Notes under the pieces: generated by a model | What the model saw: the letters and a program-made list of their open reading frames with translations, nothing else | What the model was told of the DNA's origin: nothing | Database searches by the model: none | Shown: positions 57,037-58,698 of the stretch, piece after piece | Layout: every line of letters starts with the position of its first letter | Position numbering within the stretch: position 1 is the stretch's first letter | Position numbers and translations under genes: made by a program | Source of the DNA: an uncultured Bacilli bacterium | GTDB taxonomy: Bacteria > Bacillota_I > Bacilli_A > RF39 > UBA660 | Assembly (NCBI GenBank): GCA_944358815.1 | Contig: CALVRX010000026.1 | Span: 1 to 58,698, forward strand | Direction of reading: 5' to 3' | DNA: 58,698 bases

Positions 57037-57174
57037 TATGAGACAGAAACTATACAGCCAACTTTTGAGACAATTGAAAAGATTGCGAATGAATGTGGTT
57101 ATAAAATTTTTTTTGAAAGTATTGATGGTAAGGATAGATTTGAGAGTAAGGACATTTCGAGAAAAGAGGTATAA
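57013..57174 (+). pseudogene. Remnant of an XRE-family HTH gene (only the recognition helix and C-terminal tail remain)
   Basis: This frame, which is not the ORF-track frame, reads (V)ARNTVSQYETETIQPTFETIEKIANECGYKIFFESIDGKDRF... That matches the second half of a Cro/C1 HTH domain. The N-terminal helices are missing. Confidence 0.5.
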
Positions 57175-57176
57175 AA

Positions 57177-57210
57177 AAATAACGCTACTTTGAACGTTAT
57201 TTTATTTTTC
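57177..57210. terminator. Bidirectional terminator
   Basis: Stem aaataacg/cgttattt with a 10-nt loop, flanked by an A-run and a T-run. It overlaps the ABC-F stop codon. Confidence 0.6.
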
Positions 57211-58698
57211 AATTTTTTCATATTTTTCTAAGTATTCTTCATATGTCATTTGTTTATCTATATAGGTGCCATCTTCTTTTATTAAGATTAATCTATTCGC
57301 TAGGGTATTTATTAATTCAGTATCATAAGTGGCAAAAACAATAGGTCCATCAAATTTTTCAAGTCCATTATTTAAAGCGGTTATGGATTCAATATCAAGA
57401 TGATTAGTTGGTTCATCTAGTAGTAAAACATTACCTTTATTTAACATCATTTTGGCAAACATACATCTTACTTTTTCACCACCAGATAAAACATTGACTT
57501 TTTTTAGAGCTTCATCAGCAGAAAATAGCATACGTCCTAAAAAGCCCCTTACAAAAGAATCTTCTTTATTATCGGAAAATTTTCTTAGCCATTCAACCAG
57601 GTTTTCATCTGTTTCAAAATATTTATCATGATTTTTTGGAAAATATGAAGTTATGACAGTTGTACCTACTTTAATTTCTCCACTATCAGGCTTTTTTTCA
57701 CCTGCTAGGATTTGAAGAAGAGTTGTTTTAGCTAATTCATTTTCACCGATAAGGGCGATTTTATCGTCTTTTTTAATATTTAAAGTGAAATTTTTTAATA
57801 TTGGTTTATCATTGATACTGATATTTATTTTACTTAGAGTAATGATTTCTTTGCCAAGTCTTCGTTCATAATCAAAATTAATATATGGATATTTTCTAGA
57901 AGATGGTTTTAGTTCATCTAAAGTAATTTTTTCTAGTAATTTTTTTCTAGATGTGGCTTGTTTGGATTTAGAGGCGTTGGCTGAAAATCTAGCTATAAAT
58001 GATTGAAGTTCTTTTATTTTTTCTTCTTTCTTTTTATTAGCATCTTTGATTTGTTTTTGCATGAGTTCATTTGATTGATACCAGAAGTCATAATTACCAA
58101 TAGTTATTTGGATTCTTTCACGGTCAATATCTACCATGTGAGTACATACAGTATTTAAAAAATGCCGATCATGAGAAACTAATATAATAGTACCTTTATA
58201 ATCTTGCAAGAAATTTTCTAACCATATTTTACTTTGAATGTCTAATCCGTTGGTAGGCTCATCTAATAATAAAATATCTGGATTACCAAAAAGAGCTTGA
58301 GCAAGTAAGACTTTGACTTTATCTTTATCTTTTAGGTTTGCCATTTTCTGTTCGAAAAGGTCGTTACTAATACCTAAAGCAGATAGTAATATAGAGGCAT
58401 CACTTTCAGCTTGCCAGCCATTTAGGGCTTCAAATTCAGCTTCTAACTCCCCTACTTTAATGCCATCTTCGTCAGTAAAATCTGGTTTCATATATAAGGC
58501 TTCTTTTTCTTTCATGATTTTATACAAACGTTCATTGCCCATGATAACGGTGTCTAAAACAGTATAATCATTATACAAGTTATGATTTTGTTTTAAGTAA
58601 GAAATTCTTTCGCCTTTATCTTTAATAATTTCACCAGTAGTACTTTCTATTTGACCAGTTAATATTTTTAGTAAAGTTGATTTACCGGCACCATTAGC
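57202..58698 (-). CDS. ABC-F family ATPase (two NBDs plus inter-domain linker, no TMD); 5' end lies outside the window
   Basis: The frame stays open to the window edge (..ANGAGKSTLLKILTG is Walker A of NBD1). Also present are LLLDEPTNGLD, the linker KKEEKIKELQSFIARFSANASKSKQATSRKK, and NBD2 motifs LSGGEKVR and LLLDEPTNHLD. Confidence 0.85.
   Translation of the reverse strand, partial: ANGAGKSTLLKILTGQIESTTGEIIKDKGERISYLKQNHNLYNDYTVLDTVIMGNERLYKIMKEKEALYMKPDFTDEDGIKVGELEAEFEALNGWQAESDASILLSALGISNDLFEQKMANLKDKDKVKVLLAQALFGNPDILLLDEPTNGLDIQSKIWLENFLQDYKGTIILVSHDRHFLNTVCTHMVDIDRERIQITIGNYDFWYQSNELMQKQIKDANKKKEEKIKELQSFIARFSANASKSKQATSRKKLLEKITLDELKPSSRKYPYINFDYERRLGKEIITLSKINISINDKPILKNFTLNIKKDDKIALIGENELAKTTLLQILAGEKKPDSGEIKVGTTVITSYFPKNHDKYFETDENLVEWLRKFSDNKEDSFVRGFLGRMLFSADEALKKVNVLSGGEKVRCMFAKMMLNKGNVLLLDEPTNHLDIESITALNNGLEKFDGPIVFATYDTELINTLANRLILIKEDGTYIDKQMTYEEYLEKYEKIEK

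Noticed and set aside
56960-57193. 77-aa + strand ORF from the ORF track (MVRLFGQTIFLDFH...).
   Set aside because: Its translation is basic and low-complexity with no RBS. A different + frame over the same DNA gives a recognisable HTH remnant and the - strand gives a DUF6273-like remnant. The track ORF is therefore most likely spurious.
57202-58698. ABC-F ATPase as an antibiotic-resistance (ARE) ribosome-protection gene.
   Set aside because: ABC-F housekeeping paralogs (EttA/YdiF/Uup-like) and ARE types cannot be separated by eye. The gene is truncated by the window edge and no resistance leader peptide or attenuator is visible. Phylogenetic placement is needed.

Overview
AT-rich (roughly 27-30 % GC by eye) chromosomal window from a spore-forming low-GC Firmicute: spoIVB, spoIIM, mnmA, xerD, rarA, holA and gpmI are present, and there are no rRNA, tRNA or CRISPR features. 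(1) nt 1-22430 is a large cell-surface glycopolymer locus on the + strand. It starts with a ricin-lectin/GH25 muramidase built from near-identical 456-bp tandem repeats. A complete CMP-Kdo pathway operon follows (kdsC, kdsB-like, acetyltransferase, kdsA, kdsD). Then come a Wzx flippase, a CstII/GT42-like putative ulosonic-acid transferase, a split Alg14/Alg13 GT, GT2s, a GT4 and a Wzy-like::GT4 fusion. A separately promoted GtrB-DUF2304-GtrA module with three large polytopic GT-C-like proteins and an O-acyltransferase closes the locus. (2) Gene orientation flips at about nt 27.8 kb: 26 of 28 CDS are + to the left and 24 of 27 are - to the right. Exactly at the flip lies a 28-bp sequence closely matching the Xer dif consensus, followed by a ~430-bp almost G/C-free tract, with xerD 2.7 kb away. 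This looks like the replication terminus. (3) The right half (- strand) carries zupT, a two-component system, a MarR-regulated heterodimeric ABC exporter, orphan pilC/pilD, queH, gpmI and an ABC-F ATPase. (4) The most unusual element is a 6-kb cluster (44101-49975) flanked by paralogous CE4 deacetylases. It holds two tandem paralogous Zn-ribbon-TPR-TIR-5TM-SH3b proteins, a YdjI-like SPFH protein with C-terminal Zn ribbons, and an LRR-like polytopic membrane protein. I flag this cluster as the best candidate for an undescribed membrane-surveillance or defence system. All calls rest on motif recognition by eye; no database searches were run.
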